From positions 1,213-65,212 of the forward strand of contig JAFXUC010000080.1 in NCBI GenBank assembly GCA_017535325.1: a stretch of 64,000 nucleotides of DNA, written 5' to 3'. The translations under genes were made by a program, and so were the position numbers. The DNA comes from Bacteroidales bacterium. Its GTDB lineage: Bacteria > Bacteroidota > Bacteroidia > Bacteroidales > UBA3824. The notes below the pieces were generated by a model. It was not told the DNA's origin. It searched no databases and saw nothing but the letters and a program-made list of their open reading frames with translations. Positions 47,429 through 56,166 of the stretch are shown here, piece after piece. Each line of letters opens with the position of its first letter. The first letter of the stretch is position 1.

Positions 47429-47719
47429 TTATAAAATTTCATAAATTTTAAATATTTTCTCCTTTAATTCATTGTCGTTGATTTTAGTAAAATAGTATTT
47501 TATTGTTTCTCTAAAACCGTACGGATCCCACTTGCCTATATAGGCTGCTATATAAGATGCTATATCAAACGCCGCATTGTTTTTTATAACATTTGGTTCT
47601 TTTTCGCAGATCCATTGTTCTGCATACCATAACTGACATTCTAAATCGTTAAATTTTTTCGGGCATTCTTTTTCTCCGTGATAGAATTTGCAGTACTTTA
47701 ATATATCTGTCTTTTCCAT
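47429..47719 (-). CDS. hypothetical protein
   Basis: 96-aa ORF. No motif recognised. Confidence 0.4.
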   Translation of the reverse strand: MEKTDILKYCKFYHGEKECPKKFNDLECQLWYAEQWICEKEPNVIKNNAAFDIASYIAAYIGKWDPYGFRETIKYYFTKINDNELKEKIFKIYEIL

Positions 47720-47822
47720 AGTCTATTTTTCCTAAACGGTAAAATTTTATTTCACTCTTTGTTGTAAATTTTTAGGACTTTGACGTAAATTCCAAAAATC
47801 AATTACCGTAACATTGTTATTG

Positions 47823-48095
47823 TCAATACGATATATGATTTTGTTCAATCTCTTTGTCAAACTCCAATTCTTCCGCTATCTGTCTGAATGTCTCTTCTGA
47901 CGTAGTATATTCTCCGTTTGCGATTTCTTTTTCGATTTCGTCAAATCTTTTGTCAAGTTCCTCTTTGGTGTACGGACACTCTGAAACTTCCTCTTTTTCA
48001 GATGTTTCCAGTTCACTGACAAGCCACATTCTGTCCTCGAAAGAAAGAGTTTCCAAAAGATATTCGCGTAAGTTTATCAATGCTTCTCTGCTCAT
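47823..48095 (-). CDS. hypothetical acidic protein
   Basis: 90-aa, E-rich ORF. No motif recognised. Confidence 0.4.
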   Translation of the reverse strand: MSREALINLREYLLETLSFEDRMWLVSELETSEKEEVSECPYTKEELDKRFDEIEKEIANGEYTTSEETFRQIAEELEFDKEIEQNHISY

Positions 48096-48203
48096 AATCT
48101 TATTAGTTTTTAATTCGTTGTAAAAATACTGTTTTTTTTAGAAAACGGCAAATAAATCCAAAATTTTTTCCTATCTTTCGCCCGAAATTTAACACAAAAA
48201 AAT

Positions 48204-49109
48204 ATGAAAAAACAATTAACAATTCTTTCCCTTTCAGCATTGACATTGTTTTCGTGCGGGGGAAACCAAACTCAAAATCAGAGCGGTGCACAGAGTGCAG
48301 ACACCACTTCAAAAAATGTTGAGACGGCTCAGAAAACCGAACAGCAGGAAACTCCCAAACCGGAAGAAAAGCCCGAAATTCCGCCTTACGAGGTTGATAA
48401 TTTCAGCGGCAAAAATGTTGATTTTTCAAAGCCGGTTTTGATAACTACAAATACGCTTTGGAAAGATGAGGACGGCAGTTTAAAAGAAGACGGCACACCT
48501 TCCGTTGCGGAATATTGCCGTTATGATTCCAAAGGCAGAATCCTTGAATACGGCTGTTTTACGGGTCAGTTTGACTACGAAGGCTATATCAGAATGTTCA
48601 AAATCTGTTACAGCGGCGAAAAAATAGACTCTGTTCAGTGGAAAGAGGTTTACAGCGGAAAACTCGAAGAAAAGAAAGGCGAAATTTTCAAAAAAGATGT
48701 CAGCATTTTTGACATCGTAACCGGCGAAAACATAGGTTTTATTCATGAGGCAGACAAGGAAGTCAAAGACCTTGACCCGTATTCAATAGCCTCAATGCGG
48801 CATTACGCCGACACCAAGACCGATATTTTGGAGCGTCAGTTCGGAATTATGTACGATTTCAGCGTCGTTGAAAAATGGAACAAGCAGGAGCGCGACAACA
48901 GCGGAAGGGTTACTTATGCCGAATATAAAAACGCGTTCGGCGAAGGCGAGTACGAACTTTATAAGATAAAATACACTTACGGCGAAGATTTCGTCAAGAG
49001 AACTTTCAACAAAAAACAGCGCGTGGAGTTTGAAGGCGATTTTGACGAGAATGAATATGATTATGTTCAGGTAGAAAAATATCTTCATACGGACAGTGAA
49101 GTAAAATAA
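48204..49109 (+). CDS. lipoprotein, family member 1 (conserved signal peptide)
   Basis: MKKQLTILSLSALTLFSCGGNQ. Shared upstream TATCTTTCGCC at 48172..48182. Confidence 0.75.
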   Translation: MKKQLTILSLSALTLFSCGGNQTQNQSGAQSADTTSKNVETAQKTEQQETPKPEEKPEIPPYEVDNFSGKNVDFSKPVLITTNTLWKDEDGSLKEDGTPSVAEYCRYDSKGRILEYGCFTGQFDYEGYIRMFKICYSGEKIDSVQWKEVYSGKLEEKKGEIFKKDVSIFDIVTGENIGFIHEADKEVKDLDPYSIASMRHYADTKTDILERQFGIMYDFSVVEKWNKQERDNSGRVTYAEYKNAFGEGEYELYKIKYTYGEDFVKRTFNKKQRVEFEGDFDENEYDYVQVEKYLHTDSEVK

Positions 49110-49116
49110 TTGAATT

Positions 49117-50319
49117 ATGAAAAAACAATTAACCATTCTTTCCCTTTCCGCACTGACGTTGTTTTCGTGCGGGGGAAACAAGTCGCAAAATCAGAGTGTT
49201 GCAGAAAAAACCGATTCTGCTAAAACCGTAATGACAGAGCCGTCAAATAATACAGTGGAGGCTGCGGAAAAAACAGCGGAAGTCAGCGAAAACTTGGATT
49301 CTGTTCTTCAAAAAATTAATCCTTGGCTGAAAAAACTTCCTGAAAATCCCGACAGACAGTTCTATTTCTTTGAACATGAAGTCGATACCATTAAAGGACT
49401 TGCTTATTTCAAAGACTTTTTGTACGCCTACCCGTTTAAAACCGGCGGTTATCTGACTGTATCAGAACACAGCGAAATGTCAGAGGAAAATTATATTCCG
49501 ATGACACAGCGCGAAACTTATATTTACAAAGACGGAAAACTATCTTCTGCAAAAAACGTTTTGCCCGTACCTGACCCCGTCATGTTTACCAACGCAGAAA
49601 AAAGAACGGCACATAAAGCCGATTTCGATGCTATGTCCGCGCTTTACAAAAGACGTTCCAGCGATTATGTAAATTATATATTTTACAACGACAAACCTGA
49701 AATCCGTACTGTTCTCCGTCTTATCAACTACGATGATTCCGACTGGAAAAAAGAATATTCTGACCTGCTTGAAGGTAATGACAAGCCAAGTTACAGATGG
49801 GACGGCGAAAAGTTCGTGTTTTTTGACCCCTTTGAGGAATTTATGAAAAGCCTGCCTGAATCACCCGACAAAGCCGTTTATCAAAACAACAAAGTCGAAT
49901 ATATTATGGACGAGTTTTGCTCTGTCAGTGAGGACTGTTATGCCTTTCCGATAACCGGCGGCGGATACCTTGGCGTATTTAGTTACAACTGTCAGTGCGA
50001 GGCTTCAATGTCTTGGTATGACAGCACTTACGTTTACAAAGACGGTAAAATAAAGAGTGTTTCAAACGTTTTGCCCGTCCCTGAAATCTCAGCGTTGCTT
50101 GATGAAGAAAAGTGCAAGGGCAACGACGGTTTGGTCAGGGAAATTGTTGAACAATACAACAAATACCCGAAGGATTATCTTCTTTACTACATTTCTGACG
50201 ACGGCACACTGAGCGTCAGCGCGGAAGGCAACGGCTGCGAGCAGTGGGGCGAAAACCAGTTGGAATTAATGAAAAATGCCGTTTACAAATGGGACGGCGA
50301 AAAATTTATAAAACAATAA
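49117..50319 (+). CDS. lipoprotein, family member 2
   Basis: MKKQLTILSLSALTLFSCGGNK. Two internal domain copies, each with ...GGYL...Y(I/V)YKDGK(L/I)...NVLPVP... and ending in (Y/K)WDGEKF. Confidence 0.75.
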   Translation: MKKQLTILSLSALTLFSCGGNKSQNQSVAEKTDSAKTVMTEPSNNTVEAAEKTAEVSENLDSVLQKINPWLKKLPENPDRQFYFFEHEVDTIKGLAYFKDFLYAYPFKTGGYLTVSEHSEMSEENYIPMTQRETYIYKDGKLSSAKNVLPVPDPVMFTNAEKRTAHKADFDAMSALYKRRSSDYVNYIFYNDKPEIRTVLRLINYDDSDWKKEYSDLLEGNDKPSYRWDGEKFVFFDPFEEFMKSLPESPDKAVYQNNKVEYIMDEFCSVSEDCYAFPITGGGYLGVFSYNCQCEASMSWYDSTYVYKDGKIKSVSNVLPVPEISALLDEEKCKGNDGLVREIVEQYNKYPKDYLLYYISDDGTLSVSAEGNGCEQWGENQLELMKNAVYKWDGEKFIKQ

Positions 50320-50329
50320 CAATCACAAT

Positions 50330-51904
50330 ATGAAAAGAACAATTATACTTTCCCTTTCTGCATTGACGTTGTTTTCGTGCGGGGGAAATCAGCCGCAGCA
50401 AACGCAGTCTCAGCCGCAAAACACTGCTGAAACTGCCGCAGAAACTACCGGCGAAAAAACTTTCAAATACGTTGAGCCTCAGGATTCTGTTGTAAAAACA
50501 ATCTGGGAAAAACTCAAAAAAGAGGACAAACATATTTCAAACGTCATAACAGACGCTGTGAATTTTGACTATATTCCTCAGAGCGAGGCGGAAATTTTCA
50601 AGTCGAAAACCGCCATGGAATACGATTACCTTGTTCCGATGGGCAGCGAAGAGCCGGATAATTGCATTGCGGCAAACTACCGTATACAATGTTACCAAAC
50701 GCTTGACAATGCGTGGATTGCAATTATTGACGCTGTGGTTCACGGTTACGATTTGGATTCCGTCGACCATGCAGATAAGGTTTTTACGGTCAAGTTTAAG
50801 GACGGCAAAATTTCTTATCCCGACAACAAAGATTTTTTTCCCGAAAATTTTAAAACAGTAGAGGCTCATCACCGTGGCTTTTACAATCCGAGCATTATTT
50901 TCAGCAATACCGGTTTGAATTTCGTTCATTCGGAATACTGGCCGCTGAAATATCACTGGAACGGCAACAAGTTTGAGTCAGACTCAAAATTTATATGCAG
51001 TTCTGTTGACATGTACCGTGGAAATTTCTGCATGGAAGGCAAATGTGCAAACATAGGCGCTGAATGGACGGGAAGTCCTGACGGCGTTTTCAAGTCCGAT
51101 GACGGAAAACCTCTTGCAAAACTTGAATTAAAAGACGGAATCATAGAAGGTTATACGATTTTGGATTCGTCATGCGGTGTGGTTCAGGCTACCAATACCG
51201 ACAGTATTACTCACAATCCTGTTGCGCTTGGTTATCCTATAAAAAACGTTCTTGACTTTAAACGTGCTACTGCGTGGATGAAGGATACTGTCATAACCAA
51301 AGGTATGAAAGACGGCAAATACGTTATTACACAGCAACTTTGCCATGACACTCAGGACAAACGCCGCGATGTTTTTATAGAATTTGCCGCAAAGGACGAA
51401 AATTCCGAAATCGAAAGCATCAGGGTTTATTCAACGCCTTTGACGGTAACTCTTATGAGCGAGTTTGAGGCTGCAAAGTCTCTGTCAGATGAGGCGAGAA
51501 TGATTTTCAAAGCCTTGAATTTCAATGAGAAAGAATACGGAGTGTTTAAGCGTGCCAGTATTTATAACAAAAACGGTTTTAATATTGAGTTTGACAACGA
51601 TTTAGAAGTCCGTTTTCAGATTTATAAGGCTGACGGCGGCAGATTTTTGGTTGTTCTTTCAAAGAAAGAGGGGTATTTTAAAAGTCTTGGCGAAAAGTTC
51701 TGGTATTACGAGAACGGACAGTTTACTCCGGCAAAGATTGACATTCCCGCGCCGCATTATTACAAATCGGAAGACGAGTGTATGTATTATTTCACAGACG
51801 AGGGGCTTGAATGGGACAACGACGATGCCGACATGGAAAACCATTTTCATGAGGATTTTCCTTGGAACGGAAAAGAGTTTGAGTCTCAGGTAGGAGAAGG
51901 ATAA
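50330..51904 (+). CDS. lipoprotein, family member 3
   Basis: MKRTIILSLSALTLFSCGGNQ. HWNGNKFESD mid-protein and PWNGKEFESQ at the C-terminus. Confidence 0.75.
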   Translation: MKRTIILSLSALTLFSCGGNQPQQTQSQPQNTAETAAETTGEKTFKYVEPQDSVVKTIWEKLKKEDKHISNVITDAVNFDYIPQSEAEIFKSKTAMEYDYLVPMGSEEPDNCIAANYRIQCYQTLDNAWIAIIDAVVHGYDLDSVDHADKVFTVKFKDGKISYPDNKDFFPENFKTVEAHHRGFYNPSIIFSNTGLNFVHSEYWPLKYHWNGNKFESDSKFICSSVDMYRGNFCMEGKCANIGAEWTGSPDGVFKSDDGKPLAKLELKDGIIEGYTILDSSCGVVQATNTDSITHNPVALGYPIKNVLDFKRATAWMKDTVITKGMKDGKYVITQQLCHDTQDKRRDVFIEFAAKDENSEIESIRVYSTPLTVTLMSEFEAAKSLSDEARMIFKALNFNEKEYGVFKRASIYNKNGFNIEFDNDLEVRFQIYKADGGRFLVVLSKKEGYFKSLGEKFWYYENGQFTPAKIDIPAPHYYKSEDECMYYFTDEGLEWDNDDADMENHFHEDFPWNGKEFESQVGEG

Positions 51905-51926
51905 GAAGAACTGAACTAATCGAAAT

Positions 51927-52415
51927 ATGAAAAAGATAGCCATTTTTTCCCTTTTCGCATTGACGTTGTTTTCGTGCGGGGGAAACAGGACACAGGCACA
52001 AAGCGTTGAGGAAATCAACCAGACAATCAGCGGTCTTATAAAATACATTCCTGACCACAGAATTGACGAAAGCATAAAACCGCATTACACGGAAGAGTTT
52101 TTTACGCTTTTGCAAAAGGCTTGGAACGTGCCTTCGCCGGAGGACGGCATCGGCGATGAGGAGTTTTTGTATTATTTCATTGAAGGCAACGGCGACTGTT
52201 ATGCTTCAATCAACGGCACTGAGCACGAATGTAAGAATTTTAAAACGAAAATCGACGGCAATACGGCGGTTTCTACGTTTGACTACGTTCATGGTCCCGA
52301 AGAAACTGACAGTCATACCATAACACTCAAAAAAGTCGGAAACTCTTGGCTTATAGACGACTGGGACGACAACAAAAAAGCCGTTGCCGAATTTTTAAAG
52401 AGCAACGGCTTCTGA
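51927..52415 (+). CDS. lipoprotein, family member 4 (short)
   Basis: MKKIAIFSLFALTLFSCGGNR. Same 26-nt signal-peptide DNA core at 51960..51985. Confidence 0.7.
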   Translation: MKKIAIFSLFALTLFSCGGNRTQAQSVEEINQTISGLIKYIPDHRIDESIKPHYTEEFFTLLQKAWNVPSPEDGIGDEEFLYYFIEGNGDCYASINGTEHECKNFKTKIDGNTAVSTFDYVHGPEETDSHTITLKKVGNSWLIDDWDDNKKAVAEFLKSNGF

Positions 52416-52418
52416 TGC

Positions 52419-53330
52419 TTATTTTATTTTTGCAGAGGCTGCGCGTTCACCGATTTCAATCATGTCTTCGCAGTTTCCTTTGCCGAAACTCAGAGCGTCA
52501 TACTGTGTTAATACCGGGTGAATATAAATATCTGATTTCTGGACGTTTGAATCGTATTTTTCAGCATCGGGACGGGATTTGTAATATTCCGTTACAAGGT
52601 CGGTTGCTTCTCCGAAATATTGTTTGGCGAGGTCGGGCGTAACGGTAAGAGCCTCGATTAAGAACGAATATTTTTTCGGGAAAAACGATTCGCCTTCCTG
52701 ACGGAGGTCTACCACGACAGTAAATTCAGCACCCATGTCAAGAGCCACGTCAACGGGCAGATTGTTGTAGAAACCGCCGTCAACATAACGGTTGCCGTCT
52801 ATGATAACATTGTCGTATACGTAAGGAATTGCAGATGAGGCCATGATTGCGTCAAGCACGTCGCCTTCTGAAAGAACTACTTCTTTCAATTCTTTTGTGT
52901 CGGCGACAACGCATCTGAAAGGAATTTTTAAATCTTCAAAAGTTGTTACGCCTTTGTCCTGCAAAAGTTTGGAGAGAATTTCCCTGATTTTTGAACTGTT
53001 CTTTGCGTCGTTTTCATCGAGATTTACGAAAAATTCTTCCAACTCGTCGGCTTTGTAACCAGCCGCATACAACGCACCGAGCATAGAGCCGATACTTGTG
53101 CCTGAAATGTAATCGATTTTTATTCCGTGTTGTTCGATGATTTTCAGTGCGCCGATTTGAGCCGCGCCTTTTGCACCGCCGCCGCTGAGTACAAGTCCTA
53201 TTTTTTTGCCTGAAAAATCGGGCATTACATAATCGGGATCTTCATAATCGTGATCCATGTCATCTTCTTTGTCGCACGCCGCGGTCATAAGAATAAGCGG
53301 CAACAATAATAAGTAAAACAGTTTTTTCAT
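52419..53330 (-). CDS. patatin-like phospholipase lipoprotein
   Basis: Lipobox MTAAC. GLVLSGGGAKGAAQIG (oxyanion hole), GTSIGS (GxSxG), DGGFYNN (catalytic Asp). TAtaTTTG box on the reverse strand at 53364..53371. Confidence 0.85.
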   Translation of the reverse strand: MKKLFYLLLLPLILMTAACDKEDDMDHDYEDPDYVMPDFSGKKIGLVLSGGGAKGAAQIGALKIIEQHGIKIDYISGTSIGSMLGALYAAGYKADELEEFFVNLDENDAKNSSKIREILSKLLQDKGVTTFEDLKIPFRCVVADTKELKEVVLSEGDVLDAIMASSAIPYVYDNVIIDGNRYVDGGFYNNLPVDVALDMGAEFTVVVDLRQEGESFFPKKYSFLIEALTVTPDLAKQYFGEATDLVTEYYKSRPDAEKYDSNVQKSDIYIHPVLTQYDALSFGKGNCEDMIEIGERAASAKIK

Positions 53331-53461
53331 GTCAGTGAAGTTTTTTTATTATATTTTTTGGTGCAAATATAGTTGTTTTTTTTCACTTTTCAGATGATTG
53401 TAAAATTTTGTTTTTTTGTAGGTTTTGTTTATTTTTGTGGCAAATCAAAATTTATGTGAGT

Positions 53462-53614
53462 ATGACTACAACGATGAAATTGAGAGCGGAATTTACTGAC
53501 GAAAAAATAGAGAAAAATCTCCGTCAGGCGTTCGGAGAATTGAAAGATTACAAAGATGGAAAAATCGATTTTCAATCAGCGGAAGATTTTTTGAAGGAGT
53601 GGGAGGATAAATAA
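53462..53614 (+). CDS. 50-aa hypothetical protein
   Basis: MTTTMKLRAEFTDEKIEKNL...FQSAEDFLKEWEDK. The TAttTTTG box at 53430..53437 begins 32 nt upstream of the ATG. Confidence 0.4.
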   Translation: MTTTMKLRAEFTDEKIEKNLRQAFGELKDYKDGKIDFQSAEDFLKEWEDK

Positions 53615-53625
53615 TAGAAAAAAAC

Positions 53626-54318
53626 TTATAATTTCGTCAGCCTTTCTCTGTTGCTTATATTATCCAAAATGCAGTCTAATAATGCTTTAACATTGTATTC
53701 TTGCGAAGCGGAATAACATATTGGGCGGTGGATTTTTCTGTTGATGCTTATTTCAATTTGTTTTTGGAAAGAGTCAATTTGTCTGTTTAGAAAGTCATAT
53801 AAAACATTGTCAGGTTTGCCGTTAGTCCAATGTCGTCCGCTCATTGCAACATCTGCTTGGTTGATTGCAAAAATGATTCGGTTGTTATTAATATTGCTAA
53901 GGAGTGTTTGATTAAGCAACTTATATATACCCCCCAAGTCTCTGCGTGAGCCATCGATTACAACGAGCACCATATCAATTAGATAACAAGTGTTACATAC
54001 AGCATCATCTTTGTATACATCAACAATTTCATTTAAATAAGTTGCTAGTTTTTGTAAATGTTCTTTGTCTTTTTGCGGAGAATCGCCTATACCGGGCGTA
54101 TCCCACAAGCGGACATAATCATTTAGAAAATAAGAATTAAAGTCCTGAGTTTCTGGATTTACGCCGTGTCCTATTTTTGCGGTTTCGCTGCCGATAAGCG
54201 CGTCTATTGTTGACGATTTTCCTGCGCCTGTTACACCGACAAGCATAATATCAAGCGGGCGAACAGGTACTTTTGCCATAAATTCGTCCAACCGATAATT
54301 TGACAATTCATTACTCAT
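53626..54318 (-). CDS. IIGP/YfjP-like small GTPase, paralog B (soluble)
   Basis: G1 GVTGAGKSSTIDAL, G3 WDTPGIGDS, G4 NQAD. Start is ATG 54318 (MSNELSNY) or TTG 54345. Confidence 0.8.
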   Translation of the reverse strand: MSNELSNYRLDEFMAKVPVRPLDIMLVGVTGAGKSSTIDALIGSETAKIGHGVNPETQDFNSYFLNDYVRLWDTPGIGDSPQKDKEHLQKLATYLNEIVDVYKDDAVCNTCYLIDMVLVVIDGSRRDLGGIYKLLNQTLLSNINNNRIIFAINQADVAMSGRHWTNGKPDNVLYDFLNRQIDSFQKQIEISINRKIHRPICYSASQEYNVKALLDCILDNISNRERLTKL

Positions 54319-54345
54319 ATCTGTTCGTCCGCTTAATACGTTCAA

Positions 54346-55338
54346 TTACCAAAAAATGGATTTTAGCAATCCACAGACACCTCCAATTGCGCCACCCACA
54401 GCAGTACCAACACCCGGAATCACACTGCCTAATGCAGCACCAATAGCAGCACCAGTTGTTATATCTTCGATATAATCAGGAACCATTTTATTGTTGATTT
54501 CGATGTCGTAGTCCTTCTTACCGTCATCATACGTGTACCTGTCTTTTTTGTTCTTGTTTTTCTGCGATACAACCGCAAGTCGCTTGTTGTTCGGTATCAA
54601 ATCAACGATATAGTACAACAACTTGGAAATGTTGTACGATGGTTCTTGTGGCTTTCCTTCTTCCTTATATCCCGCTGCATACGAAAGCGTTTCAATAGAA
54701 AGTCCACAGCCCTCTTTGATTCGTTGCCTTACCGACCTTTCTTTTTCTGCGAGGAAAACTCCGAGTTCTGCATCTGGCTTGTGATTCACATCGTCCCAGT
54801 GCTTGCCTTTCATTGCCATATCCGCCTGATTGATGCCAACGAGAAGCCTTTTCTCCGGATTTTTGCCAAGATGAGGAACTATCACATCTGTTATCAGACC
54901 GTATGAAGTTCCCATATCGCGGCTTGAACCATCAAGAATTACAAGCACGACATCAATTAGCAAGTTGCCTTGTGCATCTTTTTCTTCTAACGTCTGAATG
55001 ATTCCTTTTTTATGTAGTTCATCCTTTTCAGGGCTGTCGCCAAGTCCCGGACTGTCCCAAATGACAAGGTTGCCCAAGTCATACTTGTCAATGTCCATAG
55101 TCATAGGGTCTGCCCCCGTACCAACAACAGCCTTTTCCATACCGAAAAGTGCGTTGATAGTTGAACTTTTGCCGCAACCGGTAGCACCCGTAACGAGAAT
55201 GTTCGCCTTTGCGTTTTTGCTTTCTTCAAGCCATTTAAGAATCTTCTCTTTTTGGCTCTCTGTCAAGCCTCGGAGATAATCCTTATCTCGCTGACTCAAT
55301 GATTTGTTCAGCGTTTCTAAGATACTTGTTACATCCAT
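54346..55338 (-). CDS. IIGP/YfjP-like small GTPase, paralog A, with a C-terminal glycine-zipper membrane helix
   Basis: G1 GATGCGKSSTINAL, G3 WDSPGLGDS, G4 NQAD. C-terminus ITTGAAIGAALGSVIPGVGTAVGGAIGGVCGLLKSIFW. Confidence 0.8.
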   Translation of the reverse strand: MDVTSILETLNKSLSQRDKDYLRGLTESQKEKILKWLEESKNAKANILVTGATGCGKSSTINALFGMEKAVVGTGADPMTMDIDKYDLGNLVIWDSPGLGDSPEKDELHKKGIIQTLEEKDAQGNLLIDVVLVILDGSSRDMGTSYGLITDVIVPHLGKNPEKRLLVGINQADMAMKGKHWDDVNHKPDAELGVFLAEKERSVRQRIKEGCGLSIETLSYAAGYKEEGKPQEPSYNISKLLYYIVDLIPNNKRLAVVSQKNKNKKDRYTYDDGKKDYDIEINNKMVPDYIEDITTGAAIGAALGSVIPGVGTAVGGAIGGVCGLLKSIFW

Positions 55339-55726
55339 ATTGTTGATGGATTTGATGGTGAAACAATGCAGAAAGAAAATTGTACGGACACAAAAAAAGC
55401 GTAGCCTTTTTTAAATGTGTCATACTATTAATGAGGTCGTGGAAAGTACCTTGGAATCAATATAACACAACAGACCACGCCCATATACGTAAGGCGCGGC
55501 AGTTGTGCGTAACCGATTCCTTTGAAATTTTCCACGTTTCATTAATGGTTACAGCACAATGCCTTTCAATATTACCTATGATGGATTGCAATCCGTTGCA
55601 AATATGTGAAGATTTTTTTATAAAAACAAATAGAAATTGAAGTTTTTTTAGAAAATATATCAATATATTTCTAAAATTCATATTACTTTATGCAATAAAC
55701 AATTAAGTTGTTATTCGTTAAAAAGT

Positions 55727-55777
55727 GTTATAATCTGCGGAATCTTGTTTTTTTTTGCAGATTCCGCAGATTATAAC
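55727..55777. repeat. perfect 19-bp inverted repeat (stem-loop), function unknown
   Basis: GTTATAATCTGCGGAATCT - 13-nt T-rich loop - AGATTCCGCAGATTATAAC. Confidence 0.9.
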
Positions 55778-55780
55778 AAC

Positions 55781-55818
55781 AAAAAAACCTTTCAGGTTCC
55801 GAACTGAAAGGTTTTTTT
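55781..55818. terminator. bidirectional terminator-like hairpin in a divergent intergenic region
   Basis: AAAAAAACCTTTCAG-gttccgaa-CTGAAAGGTTTTTTT. Confidence 0.6.
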
Positions 55819-56166
55819 TATTGAACTATCATTTTTTATCATTTAAACTTTTTCTTTTCTTATAAGCAATCCTCCTTTTTCTTTTTTAAAGGGTTAAACA
55901 ATCGGGTTAACTACTCTCTAAAACAAATATTTGTTTGTTATCGATAACGTTACAAAATTATAAAAAAATATTTAAACCACCAAATTATTTTGCACTTTTT
56001 TTCTACTTTTTTTGAAAAAAAATACCGTCAAATTTTATTGTTGCTTAATAATAGAAAAATGTAAAATATAAATAACTAAAAATTTTCTAAAAAATCAGAT
56101 TTGTTGATTTTTTTACATTTTTTCAAAAAAAATCCTTATCTTTCGCCAAAAATATTTTTTTTAATC

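Noticed and set aside
48792-52115. Minus-strand ORFs sharing the 'PPHENNV' peptide (48792..49181 and 51659..52075), plus other antisense ORFs across the signal-peptide repeats (51792..52115, 50306..50533)
   Set aside because: They are the reverse-complement reading of the conserved lipoprotein signal-peptide DNA. The recurrence reflects the plus-strand repeat, not a gene family.
52419-53330. Patatin phospholipase as a CBASS-type cytoplasmic effector linked to the GTPases
   Set aside because: It has a lipoprotein signal peptide (…LILMTAAC) and so is exported. It has its own promoter box and is separated from the GTPases by a convergent small ORF. No cyclase or nucleotide-sensor gene is present. 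Only physical proximity is reported.
55380-55681. ORFs 55380..55640 (+) and 55457..55681 (-) upstream of the GTPases
   Set aside because: They overlap each other, have no motifs, and have no convincing promoter or start context. The region is better described as structured non-coding DNA (see the spacer finding).
55727-55777. 19-bp perfect inverted repeat as an invertible-promoter (phase-variation) switch or IS/MITE termini
   Set aside because: The arms are only 13 nt apart, so there is no invertible segment or cargo. No recombinase or transposase is adjacent, and I saw no target-site duplication. It was kept only as a stem-loop.
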